Source of the DNA: a virus
IMG/VR virus record: IMGVR_UViG_3300021185_001174
Location: 56,811 to 120,810 of that record
DNA: 64,000 bases
Reading direction: 5' to 3' (one strand)
In this document: positions 26,802 to 35,649 of the stretch, in pieces
Layout of the letters: each line of letters opens with the position of its first letter
How positions within the stretch are numbered: the first letter of the stretch is position 1
The notes under the pieces: generated by a model
Databases searched by the model: none
Told to the model about the DNA's origin: nothing
What the model saw: only the letters and a program-made list of their open reading frames with translations
Position numbers and translations under genes: made by a program

Positions 26802-27071
26802 TTATGCCTCTTCAGCAGTAACCTCTTCAACTGATGGTTCTTCCACAGGAACTTGTCCTTCAGGAACTTCACCATCTTTTGGAGCCGCGGCATTTAGAAA
26901 TGCAACAGTTCTATTTCTAAGACCACCTACGGCCTCTAGCTCTGAACCTTCAAAACCACCTCTTTTAGAACAGATATCAATAATCTGTACGAAAGTTGCG
27001 ATGTCTTGTAGGGACAGTTGTGGAGCCTCTTGGCCCTCTGCACCTTGTGGTGCCATTACTTCTTCAGTCAT
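26802..27071 (-). CDS. Conserved acidic late protein
   Basis: 89 aa with LSLQDIATFVQIIDICSKRGGFEGSEL; has a late promoter and GGAG RBS. Confidence 0.8.
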   Translation of the reverse strand: MTEEVMAPQGAEGQEAPQLSLQDIATFVQIIDICSKRGGFEGSELEAVGGLRNRTVAFLNAAAPKDGEVPEGQVPVEEPSVEEVTAEEA

Positions 27072-27102
27072 TTTTTTCTCCTTTGCAAAGTAGACTAATT
27101 AT

Positions 27103-27131
27103 GAGAGACCCGCCCAATGCAGCATCTTCTC
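27103..27131 (-). promoter_or_regulatory. 5'UTR bulged-G hairpin, copy 2
   Basis: GAGAAGAT-G-CTG-CATTGGG-CGG-GTCTCTC. Confidence 0.55.
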
Positions 27132-27166
27132 GTATTATCCTCATAGTATTATGAGAATTCATTAAG

Positions 27167-27174
27167 TATTTATA
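27167..27174 (-). promoter_or_regulatory. Late promoter
   Basis: TATAAATA overlapping the gp45 stop. Confidence 0.7.
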
Positions 27175-27847
27175 CACCATAAGTACTTGATTTTTCTAAA
27201 GCGATAAAATAATTTACAGGTAAATTAGTATTACGCCATTCGGAAATCAACTTAGATGAAATAAATACGTTATAATCGCCATCAACTAATTTCAGATTTG
27301 AAATGTTCATGACAAAGTTAAAGTTTGAACCAGATGTATTAGCACCTAGGTCAAGTTCATAAGTATTTGCACTAGTATCTTTAGCATCGAATACTTTTAC
27401 AATTACATTTTCACCGCCGACTATAGCCATATCGATATGACCTAGTACGTTAGCAGCCTTCTTAATCTTAGAGATTGTGTCAGCTGTAAAGTGAACTTCT
27501 ACATCGGTTGAAGGCATTGTGATATCCTTCTCTGGAGTAGTAAGAATACTGGATGCGGCAAAGAAGTATTTTACCTTATTGGTATCATCTTTGAACAGTA
27601 CAGCATTATCTTCAAACTGCAAAGTAGGTGAATCAATAAGACCATGAATTGATAAGAATTCATTAAGGTCGTAGATACCCATTTCAGCAGGGAAGTCCTC
27701 GGTGATATTTGCGATAGCCAAAATGTTCTTGGCCTCGGAAATAGTTTTTAGTTGTTGACCAGGTTTCAGAACCATGTTTGCATTGATAGTAGCAAAATTG
27801 GCGAGAAGAGCCTGGGTTTCATTTGATAGTTGCATTTGCATCTCCAT
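27170..27847 (-). CDS. gp45: Sliding clamp
   Basis: LANFATINAN, GIYDLNEFL and YFIALEK; synteny with gp44/gp62. Confidence 0.95.
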   Translation of the reverse strand: MEMQMQLSNETQALLANFATINANMVLKPGQQLKTISEAKNILAIANITEDFPAEMGIYDLNEFLSIHGLIDSPTLQFEDNAVLFKDDTNKVKYFFAASSILTTPEKDITMPSTDVEVHFTADTISKIKKAANVLGHIDMAIVGGENVIVKVFDAKDTSANTYELDLGANTSGSNFNFVMNISNLKLVDGDYNVFISSKLISEWRNTNLPVNYFIALEKSSTYGV

Positions 27848-27863
27848 TTATTTAATAGTTTAT

Positions 27864-27892
27864 ATTATACTACACTTTGGGGTATTTGTAAA
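27864..27892 (-). promoter_or_regulatory. Early promoter (gp45)
   Basis: TTTACA-N17-TATAAT. Confidence 0.85.
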
Positions 27893-27905
27893 CCCCTTTA
27901 TGTAA

Positions 27906-28199
27906 TTACTTTGCATTATTTCTATCATGCTCATATAAAGCAAGTAATCCATAATGTAGAACCTTCATCAGGTCTTTGCGCCACTCCTGCGGAGTATCAC
28001 CCTTCTTGCCATAACGTGCATTATACTTATCTACATTTCCTAAGAAGAATCCTAGGCCATGTCCTCGGTCGATGATAACTTCACTTGACTGAAGTCCTCC
28101 TTGACCATAATGTGCATTATAGGTTGAATCTATGTAATCATGGAGCTCTTCAATAAGAGCCCCTTCATTAAATTTGTAATCTGGTTTAGACTGTTTCAT
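27906..28199 (-). CDS. DUF3310/SaV-like protein (putative nucleotide-binding)
   Basis: YNAHY...GFFLGNVDKYNARYGKK...DLMKVLHY. Start moved to MKQSK at 28199. Confidence 0.7.
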   Translation of the reverse strand: MKQSKPDYKFNEGALIEELHDYIDSTYNAHYGQGGLQSSEVIIDRGHGLGFFLGNVDKYNARYGKKGDTPQEWRKDLMKVLHYGLLALYEHDRNNAK

Positions 28200-29319
28200 A
28201 TGTGTCCTCGGTTGTAGTTTCATCTTCGAAGGTAACTCCTGAATCCACTTTAGTGTATAAGTCCAAGAAGGCAGCCTTAGTATCATCATCAAATCTTGCG
28301 ATACATAATTCTATGGCTTTCATCTTGTTATCAAAGATAGAAAAAGTTTGAACTATGTGACAGAGCCTTCTGGTTGAAATTACCTCGTCAACTCCATCAT
28401 CATAGAATGTCTTTCTGATAATGTCAGCCCAAGATACTAGTTTAGTCGCGAACTCTACATCTACTTTGCCGAACTTTTCCATATGTTTAGCAACGATTTT
28501 ATTCTCCACTGATTGACTTGGGAAAGCCTGGTCTATGGCTACTGTGAATCTCTCCAAGAAAGCATCATCAATGATTGAAGCGGCTGTAAATCTGCCATCT
28601 TCTGAGCCTTTACCTTTGGTATTGGCTGTTGCAATGACATTGAAACCTGGACTTGGTTCTACTACTTCACCAGTCTTTTTGACTAGTACTGGTTTTCCTT
28701 CTAGGATACCTTGTAGACACATAATCTTGTTAGTCGCTCTATCGACCTCATCCAGAAGAAGAATAGCTCCTCTCTCCATAGCCTTGAGAACCGGCCCTTT
28801 AGAGAATACTGTTTCTCCATTGATAAGTCTGAATCCACCTAGTAGGTCGTCCTCATCCGTCTCAGGATTAATTTGAACTCTGATGAACTCTCTACCTAGT
28901 TTAGCAGCCGCTTGTTCAACCATGAAAGTCTTACCGTTACCTGATAAACCAGATACATAGACTGGGTAGAACATTTCGGACTTGAGGATTTTAACCACAT
29001 CCGAAAAGGCACCCCATGGGACAAAAGTTGGGTCTTTTTTAGCAAAGTTTGATTCTTCATTTACTATTGATTGCATCTTAACCACGTTTGAGAAACCAGT
29101 AATTGGTTCTTTATTAACTGGGACAATCATAGCTGATAAGTCATAAACACCAGGTTTAACTCTTATCTTTGCATCGATTAAGTCCCAAAAGTCTTTTCTT
29201 GAATAACCCAATGAGTCAGCTGTATCACTGATTTGGGCTCTCTTGAACTCTGTCTGGTCTGGGAACCTCTGAGCCAGGGTTTCAAGGATTATTTGAGTTG
29301 ATTTTTTCATTGTATTCAT
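28186..29319 (-). CDS. MoxR/CobS-like AAA+ ATPase
   Basis: GLSGNGKT, LLDEVD, ATAN and FLERF. Confidence 0.92.
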   Translation of the reverse strand: MNTMKKSTQIILETLAQRFPDQTEFKRAQISDTADSLGYSRKDFWDLIDAKIRVKPGVYDLSAMIVPVNKEPITGFSNVVKMQSIVNEESNFAKKDPTFVPWGAFSDVVKILKSEMFYPVYVSGLSGNGKTFMVEQAAAKLGREFIRVQINPETDEDDLLGGFRLINGETVFSKGPVLKAMERGAILLLDEVDRATNKIMCLQGILEGKPVLVKKTGEVVEPSPGFNVIATANTKGKGSEDGRFTAASIIDDAFLERFTVAIDQAFPSQSVENKIVAKHMEKFGKVDVEFATKLVSWADIIRKTFYDDGVDEVISTRRLCHIVQTFSIFDNKMKAIELCIARFDDDTKAAFLDLYTKVDSGVTFEDETTTEDTYETV

Positions 29320-29355
29320 AATATAGTTTACTCCATTTATTTAATTTACTAGTAT

Positions 29356-29384
29356 ATTATACTACGCATTTATGCGAATGTAAA
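29356..29384 (-). promoter_or_regulatory. Early promoter (duplicated cassette A)
   Basis: TTTACA-N17-TATAAT; flanks near-identical to 31623-31673. Confidence 0.88.
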
Positions 29385-29449
29385 GTGTTTTGTTGAAAAT
29401 AATTCATTTATTTTCATCTTTTTTTGCAAGTGTATCAAATATGTTACAC

Positions 29450-31606
29450 TCAAGCCACTGCCCCTCCGAATTTAGTAAGAAGCACCTTGTTGGTCTTTTT
29501 GGACTTAGAGTACTTTTTAAAAGCATTTCTAATCTGAGCATCTGAGGCTTCTGTTTGAACTTCGAAATCCTCTTCTTCGGTATTAAGGTTTTTACCACCT
29601 TTGACCATGTAGTAAGTATCATATCCGAAAACATTTGATACTTCAACACACTTGTTTTTATTATACTCTTTGTTCTTTTCCTTTCTGTATTCTTCACTAC
29701 CTGTTCTAGCTGATTCTGCCCAGTATGCATTATTGATTCTATACTTCCATTCACTATTATCATCGGCCATGAAGAATCCTAGATTGTTAGTTTTATACTG
29801 TTTCTTAATATTGTTAAGTAGGACAGTTGTTAGACCAGTTGCTGAGGTTAATCCAGATGTGATAGACTTACCTTGAACAATTAATCTTATTTCATTAGTC
29901 TTGTTTCTGTAATCTCTATTACCATGAACTTGGATTCTATTAGCATCTCCATCGGTGAAAGTTAAGAAGTTCATTTTTTCAATGTTGTTCTTAGCTCTGA
30001 ATCTTTTAATGATATCATGCATAACAACTAGAGCTTGATTAAGAGGTGTTGAACCCCAGTTCTCTGAATGAGCTTTAGGTATGTCTCTTTGTTCTGTAGT
30101 CCTTAAGTATAAGAACTGAGTCGCCTTTATAAAGTCAGCTTTCTTCATATCTGAAGATACTAGGAGTGGCATTCTTAGGTCATCCATATCTAGGTCACCT
30201 GTTTGATATTGTCTAGCTTGAGACTCTCCGTACCAACCGCCGGACGTGAATGCGTATACTTCATAAGGGATGTTGACTGCCTTACAGAACATAACAGTAT
30301 GAAGGATTTGGTCCATTACATATTTCATTGACGTTGACATTGACCCAGAATAGTCTACCAACATAACCATGCCGTGTGATTTGGCATTTGGTAACTTAGT
30401 AGCTTTGAGAAAGATATCATCGTTTGTCTTGTAAGACCATAACTTGTTTACGTTGATGTTTCCAGTCTTAGCTTCAGTAGCCCTAGACCATTGTGTCGCC
30501 GCTTTTTTCATTTCGAATTCTCTAACGGCCGGTTGAACATTCTTTTTAAGTTGTTTCATATATGAAGCGTAACCAGTTGAAATAGTTTCTCTCCAAGATT
30601 GATTACCCCATGAACTATCCTTGTAATTTTCTTCCCATCTTTTTATTTCTGTTTCTCTCTCTTTAGAAAGTTCTTTGAAATCTACTATGGATGTTTCGAT
30701 ATTGTCTGCAGAGGTTTGACTGATGATGATAGGCTGATTACCATTTCTATCTGTTTCTATTAGTTCTTTTTCTTTTGACCTATAGATACTATCGGTAATA
30801 GAAACATCAGAACCAGCTGTGTGTACAGGTTCTTTAGCCGTTACTGTTTCAGTGTCGTCTGACTCTTCACCCTCTTCTGATTCCTCAGATGATTGATTAC
30901 CTGACTTACTTTGAGTTGACTCGTCGTCTGACTCTTCTTTCTCATAATCATCATGTCCTGACGGCATATCTTCTTGATTGTTATTCTCTTCTGACTCTTG
31001 GTTTTCTGAATCTTCTGGTTCAGGTTCTGGCTGTTGAATTAGCTCTGGTGTATTGTCTTGAGTAAACTTTAGAATGTCTTTGACTAACTGAACAACTTCA
31101 TCAAATGTTTGAGTAGTTTTAGCTCTAGTTAGGTAAACCATTTCTTCTGAATTGAATGGTACTTCTATAAGTGAACCGAGTTTGGTCTTAAGATTAATCT
31201 TATCAATAAGTTTGACTTGGTCATAATCTACATCGTCAAGTGGTCCGAAGAATTCTCTCTCCAATAACTTCTTGTAACCTTTATTAAAAGAGTTGACAAG
31301 CCCTGGATATCTTGATTGGATTTTTCTCTCAATCCTAGCATCTTCTATCACATTGATATAAGTTCTTGGACATCCTTCTAACTTCTCTGGACTATCATGC
31401 CAACCTTCATATGGGGTTTCTATTGCATGTCCAACCTCATGACCAATTAGAAGGTCATAAACATCTTTGCCCATATCTTTCCACAATGGAAGACCTAGGG
31501 TTCTGTTCTTGATATCAAACCAGGCTGTATTGAAGTTACCATGTCTAATGGTAATGTTCTCTTTAGCCAAGAGTTTTGGTAGGAGGGATTTTTCATAATT
31601 CATCAT
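29450..31606 (-). CDS. vWA (CobT-like) protein with N-terminal HExxH metallopeptidase-like domain
   Basis: LLIGHEVGHA, EDARIE, acidic linker, MIDAS DYSGSMS, GSTPL and TFTDGD. Confidence 0.88.
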   Translation of the reverse strand: MMNYEKSLLPKLLAKENITIRHGNFNTAWFDIKNRTLGLPLWKDMGKDVYDLLIGHEVGHAIETPYEGWHDSPEKLEGCPRTYINVIEDARIERKIQSRYPGLVNSFNKGYKKLLEREFFGPLDDVDYDQVKLIDKINLKTKLGSLIEVPFNSEEMVYLTRAKTTQTFDEVVQLVKDILKFTQDNTPELIQQPEPEPEDSENQESEENNNQEDMPSGHDDYEKEESDDESTQSKSGNQSSEESEEGEESDDTETVTAKEPVHTAGSDVSITDSIYRSKEKELIETDRNGNQPIIISQTSADNIETSIVDFKELSKERETEIKRWEENYKDSSWGNQSWRETISTGYASYMKQLKKNVQPAVREFEMKKAATQWSRATEAKTGNINVNKLWSYKTNDDIFLKATKLPNAKSHGMVMLVDYSGSMSTSMKYVMDQILHTVMFCKAVNIPYEVYAFTSGGWYGESQARQYQTGDLDMDDLRMPLLVSSDMKKADFIKATQFLYLRTTEQRDIPKAHSENWGSTPLNQALVVMHDIIKRFRAKNNIEKMNFLTFTDGDANRIQVHGNRDYRNKTNEIRLIVQGKSITSGLTSATGLTTVLLNNIKKQYKTNNLGFFMADDNSEWKYRINNAYWAESARTGSEEYRKEKNKEYNKNKCVEVSNVFGYDTYYMVKGGKNLNTEEEDFEVQTEASDAQIRNAFKKYSKSKKTNKVLLTKFGGAVA

Positions 31607-31637
31607 AATATAGGTTTCTCTTTTAATTTACTAGTAT

Positions 31638-31666
31638 ATTATACTACGCATTATTGAGAATGTAAA
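31638..31666 (-). promoter_or_regulatory. Early promoter (duplicated cassette B)
   Basis: TTTACA-N17-TATAAT. Confidence 0.88.
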
Positions 31667-31701
31667 GTGTTTTTTTCATTTTTTTTAAAGTTTTTTCTCA
31701 A

Positions 31702-31734
31702 CTGTAACATAAATGTAACACATTTGTAACAAAA
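31702..31734 (+). repeat. TGTAAC x3 direct repeat with exact 11-bp period (putative operator), copy 2
   Basis: TGTAAC at 31703, 31714 and 31725. Confidence 0.6.
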
Positions 31735-31737
31735 GCT

Positions 31738-31947
31738 TTAATCAAACTGTAATTCCATCTGACTAGGGCGAGATGTCCTCTTAAATAATAAACGGCCATC
31801 TGGTAATTCAATCAGAGTAAATACATCGCCTTCTTCAAAGGGAACCTTATCCATAGTCAATTGATAATTAGGTTCCAGAGGACTATCTTTATCAGTAAAC
31901 ATTAGGCCGTTCTCATTCATCTCAATTAAATAATCTACATATAACAT
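31738..31947 (-). CDS. Hypothetical protein
   Basis: 69 aa ORF with GAAGG RBS, downstream of the tRNA. Confidence 0.7.
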   Translation of the reverse strand: MLYVDYLIEMNENGLMFTDKDSPLEPNYQLTMDKVPFEEGDVFTLIELPDGRLLFKRTSRPSQMELQFD

Positions 31948-31967
31948 TGGTATTTCCTTCTTTTGTT

Positions 31968-32044
31968 TGGCCCGCCCTTCAGGACTTGAACCTGAAACCT
32001 ACAGCTTAGAAGGCTGTTGCTCTATCCAGTTGAGCTAAGAGCGG
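31968..32044 (-). tRNA. tRNA-Arg(UCU)
   Basis: 77 nt cloverleaf. Anticodon arm ACAGC-CTTCTAA-GCTGT, A20, TTCAAGT T-loop, encoded CCA. Confidence 0.97.
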
Positions 32045-32069
32045 ATAATTTTCTAATTTCTAAGAGTAT

Positions 32070-32098
32070 ATTATACTAGGCTTTGCACCTGCTGTAAA
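32070..32098 (-). promoter_or_regulatory. Early promoter for tRNA-Arg
   Basis: TTTACA-N17-TATAAT, about 25 bp upstream of the tRNA 5' end. Confidence 0.85.
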
Positions 32099-32143
32099 CA
32101 ACTAATTTCAGTTTTTTTAGATTATTTTGTTATATGTATATAA

Positions 32144-33859
32144 CTAAGCTATCTTAGAGAAGTTTTTATGCTTGAAGAATTCAATCTTTGACCTAAACTT
32201 ATTTTCTAGGATATCGCCTTTGTGAGATATAATAAACACATTGGTTCCATCTTCTAGCGTTGAAAGGATTTTGGTTAGATTATCTACTCCATCAACATCT
32301 AAGCTACTATCAAAGGTTTCATCTAGGATAAGTAGATTGGTTGCCGCTGAGTTCTTCATCTTAGCTATCTGTCTCCAAGTAAAGAGTAAAGACAAGTCAA
32401 TACGTTGCTTTTCGCCTTCAGAGAATGATGCATAGTTAAATGAATCCCTATGTCTTGACCTGATGGTCTCATTGAAGTTCTCATCAAGATGGAATGCAAC
32501 AAAGAAATCAAGTACTTGCAGATACTGGTTAATAAGTCTATTCATGACAGGCAAATATTGCTTTATCACTTTAGTCTTAATACCAGTATCTTTAAGCATC
32601 TCCCCTATAACTTCGTTATAAGTCCTTTCCTCTACATATTCTAGCTTGTTTTCTAAAGCCTTTGATTTGGCCGCTTTGAGGTCTGACAGTTCTTTCTTAG
32701 CATTACCACTATCACCAGTCAGTTTATTTAGGTTTGAAACTTCTTTCTGAACCTTATTAATCTCTTTCTGTAGTAATGATATCTTTTCATTATTTGAATT
32801 GATTTTACTTTGACGCTGTCTTAGTGTATTAAGATTATTACCTATCTGAATACCTTCTTTCTCTGTAGTATTTACTTCTTTGGCCAGTTTACCTAACTCT
32901 AGCTGAACATCTGCTGCAGTAGACTTAAGACCAGATAGTTTGGTCTCCTTAATTTCTGCTGTAATCTCTTGTTCACAAGTTGGACAATTGTCGTTATCTT
33001 CATAGAAACGAGCCTCTTTGACCAGTGATTTAATCTTACCATTAAGATTTTTATCTAGTGACTTAACTTCACTCATACGCTCCATGAAGTGCTTGTGACT
33101 GCGTTCTTCATCAGCAAGGAGTGAAGTTAGGTTCTTACCTAGCTTTTGTGACTCTTTAAATGTATCATCAATCTGACTCTTATAGGTTTCTATTGAATCC
33201 CTACTCTTATCTATTTGTTCTTGGTTAAGAGCATCTAAGTCTTTGATATATTTTGATTGTGAATCCACTTTAGTATTAATCAAGTCAATTCTATGATTAA
33301 CATCATTTAGATTATCACGCAACTTGGAGTTCTTTTCTTTTAGTAGATTGTTCATCTTGGAGAATATATTAATATCCAATAAGTCTTCAATAATACTTCT
33401 GCGAGACCAACTAGGCAATTGCATAAATGGAATGAATGAACTTGAACCTAGTACTACCACTTGATGGAAAGATTTATGATTCAGTTTAAGTATATTTGTT
33501 TCTAAGAATTTTTGGTAGTCTCTTGCATTAGATGCTTGATTAATTAGATTACCATTCTGCCAGATTTCAAACTTATTAGGTTTGATACCACGAACAATTT
33601 TAAACTCTGAATTGCCTACTGCAAATTCTACTTCTACTAGTGTCCCTTTCTTATTGATTGAATTAACTAATTGGCCTTTACCGATATCTCTATGGGCCTT
33701 ACCAAATAGTCCAAATGATAATGCATCTAGCAATGTAGATTTACCTGCACCATTTTGGCCAACGATAAGTGTTGATGGTGATTTATCTAAGCTAATTGTT
33801 ATCGCATCTGTCCCTGTTGACAGAAAGTTCTGCCATTTACATGATTTAAATTGTATCAT
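32144..33859 (-). CDS. gp46: Recombination exonuclease, Rad50/SbcC-like subunit
   Basis: GQNGAGKST, coiled coil with CPTC hook, FSEGE and LDETFD. Confidence 0.97.
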   Translation of the reverse strand: MIQFKSCKWQNFLSTGTDAITISLDKSPSTLIVGQNGAGKSTLLDALSFGLFGKAHRDIGKGQLVNSINKKGTLVEVEFAVGNSEFKIVRGIKPNKFEIWQNGNLINQASNARDYQKFLETNILKLNHKSFHQVVVLGSSSFIPFMQLPSWSRRSIIEDLLDINIFSKMNNLLKEKNSKLRDNLNDVNHRIDLINTKVDSQSKYIKDLDALNQEQIDKSRDSIETYKSQIDDTFKESQKLGKNLTSLLADEERSHKHFMERMSEVKSLDKNLNGKIKSLVKEARFYEDNDNCPTCEQEITAEIKETKLSGLKSTAADVQLELGKLAKEVNTTEKEGIQIGNNLNTLRQRQSKINSNNEKISLLQKEINKVQKEVSNLNKLTGDSGNAKKELSDLKAAKSKALENKLEYVEERTYNEVIGEMLKDTGIKTKVIKQYLPVMNRLINQYLQVLDFFVAFHLDENFNETIRSRHRDSFNYASFSEGEKQRIDLSLLFTWRQIAKMKNSAATNLLILDETFDSSLDVDGVDNLTKILSTLEDGTNVFIISHKGDILENKFRSKIEFFKHKNFSKIA

Positions 33860-34917
33860 ACTACCTCTAAATTCTGAGCCTCTGTATATAGAGTCCTTAG
33901 TTCAAGTTTTAACTTATCTTTTTCCAAGTCAGTCTCAACGGCTTCAACATAAGAATCCAGAAGGGTCGTAGTATCTTCTAGGGATATTTTCTCGTCCTCG
34001 ACGCTTTCTCCCAAATACTCTTCAAATGATTCTGCAATTTTCAACTCGTAAGTTTCAATAGATTGTAGTCTATCAACAAACTGGTCAAACATATATAAGT
34101 CATTTTTATTTATAACTATTAATTTGATGAACTTTTGTTCAAACTGTTTTACATCTATTTTACTATAGTCAGTTTTGGTATCATCATATATGACCTTCTT
34201 GAACATAGTAATAGGGTTACGGACTGGAGTAATCTCCCTTGTTTCAGTATCTAAAATATGAAAATATTTAGGGTCATCCACATCAGCCCAAGTAAATTCC
34301 ATTTGAGAACCTAGATAGGTAACATTACCCTGGCTTGACCTCGTATGGAAATGACCAGATAATACCATCTCAAACCTAGAGAATACATCAGCATTCATTC
34401 CATGTGGATTGGGTATACCAGCCATCATTTCAAAACCTTTTAGTTCTAAATGAGCACCAAGGATAGGTGCTTTACAATTCATTGCCCATTTAGTGTATTC
34501 TGCATAGTTACCATTGTTAATCCAAGGGATAACTGCAACACCTAAGCCGTCATAATCTAGTACTGTAGGTTTCATAATAATATTAACATTACTTGTAAAG
34601 TAACCTAGAAGCTCTTTAAGTGAGCATAGTTCATTAGTATTCTTAAAGTATACATCATGGTTACCAGGGATTATATCCATAGTAATGCCCATATCTCTCA
34701 TAGGTTCTAGGAAGTGTTTACGATTGGCATTAAGTGCCTTAAAGTTAACAAACTTGCGATGTTCATAATAATCACCAAGGTGCAAGATGTTCTTGATGTT
34801 ATGCTCTTTTAAATAAGGAAAGAATATCTCCTCATAAAATCTTTCTTGATACTTCAGAAAAATATCAGATGAGTTTCTTACCCCACAATGGGTGTCGTTT
34901 AATATTGCTACTTTCAT
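33856..34917 (-). CDS. gp47: Recombination exonuclease, Mre11/SbcD-like subunit
   Basis: DTHCG, HLGD, GNHD and SGHFH. Confidence 0.97.
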   Translation of the reverse strand: MKVAILNDTHCGVRNSSDIFLKYQERFYEEIFFPYLKEHNIKNILHLGDYYEHRKFVNFKALNANRKHFLEPMRDMGITMDIIPGNHDVYFKNTNELCSLKELLGYFTSNVNIIMKPTVLDYDGLGVAVIPWINNGNYAEYTKWAMNCKAPILGAHLELKGFEMMAGIPNPHGMNADVFSRFEMVLSGHFHTRSSQGNVTYLGSQMEFTWADVDDPKYFHILDTETREITPVRNPITMFKKVIYDDTKTDYSKIDVKQFEQKFIKLIVINKNDLYMFDQFVDRLQSIETYELKIAESFEEYLGESVEDEKISLEDTTTLLDSYVEAVETDLEKDKLKLELRTLYTEAQNLEVV

Positions 34918-34920
34918 ATA

Positions 34921-35484
34921 TTATAACATAAAGAGTTCTAGTTTCTCTTTAGCCTTCTCCTCTTTTGCGAATTTTTTAACTGCTTTATCTTTCTCTTTTA
35001 CTGTAGAAATACGTTGTCTTAGTGTATCAACATAGTTCATAGTTTCGGCTGCTCCTGCATCGTCCATACCCATAGATACAAAATCATCAATACCCATCTT
35101 TTCAATAAACTTGAATTTAATGTCTTGTTGTTTCTTCTCTTTGGTTATTCTACGGATAAATGCATAGTAACATATCTGAGTAAAGTAAGAGAATGCATTT
35201 GGATTACCAGTTCTTGTTGCTGTCTCTATTCTATAATTTCCTATAGCTCTTAGGCAGTTCTCTACAGCATCCATTACCATTTCTTCTCGGTAAGTATATC
35301 TTACAAAGTTTGGTCTATGAGATAGGCCCTCTGCAATCTTGATAAAACACTTAGCGATATAGTCTGGAACCGTTGGTGCATCGACGCCCTTTTCTTTATG
35401 CATATTACTGTCCTTAACATATTCTACTACAGCTAGTGAGAATTCCTTGTTATTGACATAATGTGGCTTTTGTTTAGGTTTCAT
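34921..35484 (-). CDS. gp55: Late transcription sigma factor
   Basis: HYVNNKEF, IAEGLSHRPNF, EEMVMDAVENC and FSYFTQICYYAF. Confidence 0.97.
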   Translation of the reverse strand: MKPKQKPHYVNNKEFSLAVVEYVKDSNMHKEKGVDAPTVPDYIAKCFIKIAEGLSHRPNFVRYTYREEMVMDAVENCLRAIGNYRIETATRTGNPNAFSYFTQICYYAFIRRITKEKKQQDIKFKFIEKMGIDDFVSMGMDDAGAAETMNYVDTLRQRISTVKEKDKAVKKFAKEEKAKEKLELFML

Positions 35485-35508
35485 AATTATTTCTCCAATA
35501 ATAGTATT

Positions 35509-35537
35509 ATTATACTACAAAATCGGTTCAATGTAAA
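35509..35537 (-). promoter_or_regulatory. Early promoter (gp55-47-46)
   Basis: TTTACA-N17-TATAAT. Confidence 0.85.
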
Positions 35538-35583
35538 GTGTTTTCTTTAAATAAAATTAATTTCATTTTTTTTCATTTTTCCC

Positions 35584-35612
35584 TTTACAAATGCCGAAAA
35601 GTGTAGTATAAT
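35584..35612 (+). promoter_or_regulatory. Sole plus-strand copy of the early promoter
   Basis: TTTACA-aatgccgaaaagtgtag-TATAAT, full consensus including GTGTAG. Confidence 0.8.
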
Positions 35613-35649
35613 ATATTATCTCCGGGGGAGACAGGGGTATACTATAAAT

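Noticed and set aside
28186-31606. CobS/CobT as cobalamin-biosynthesis auxiliary metabolic genes
   Set aside because: There is no CobN or other cob gene; the features fit a generic MoxR-vWA module.
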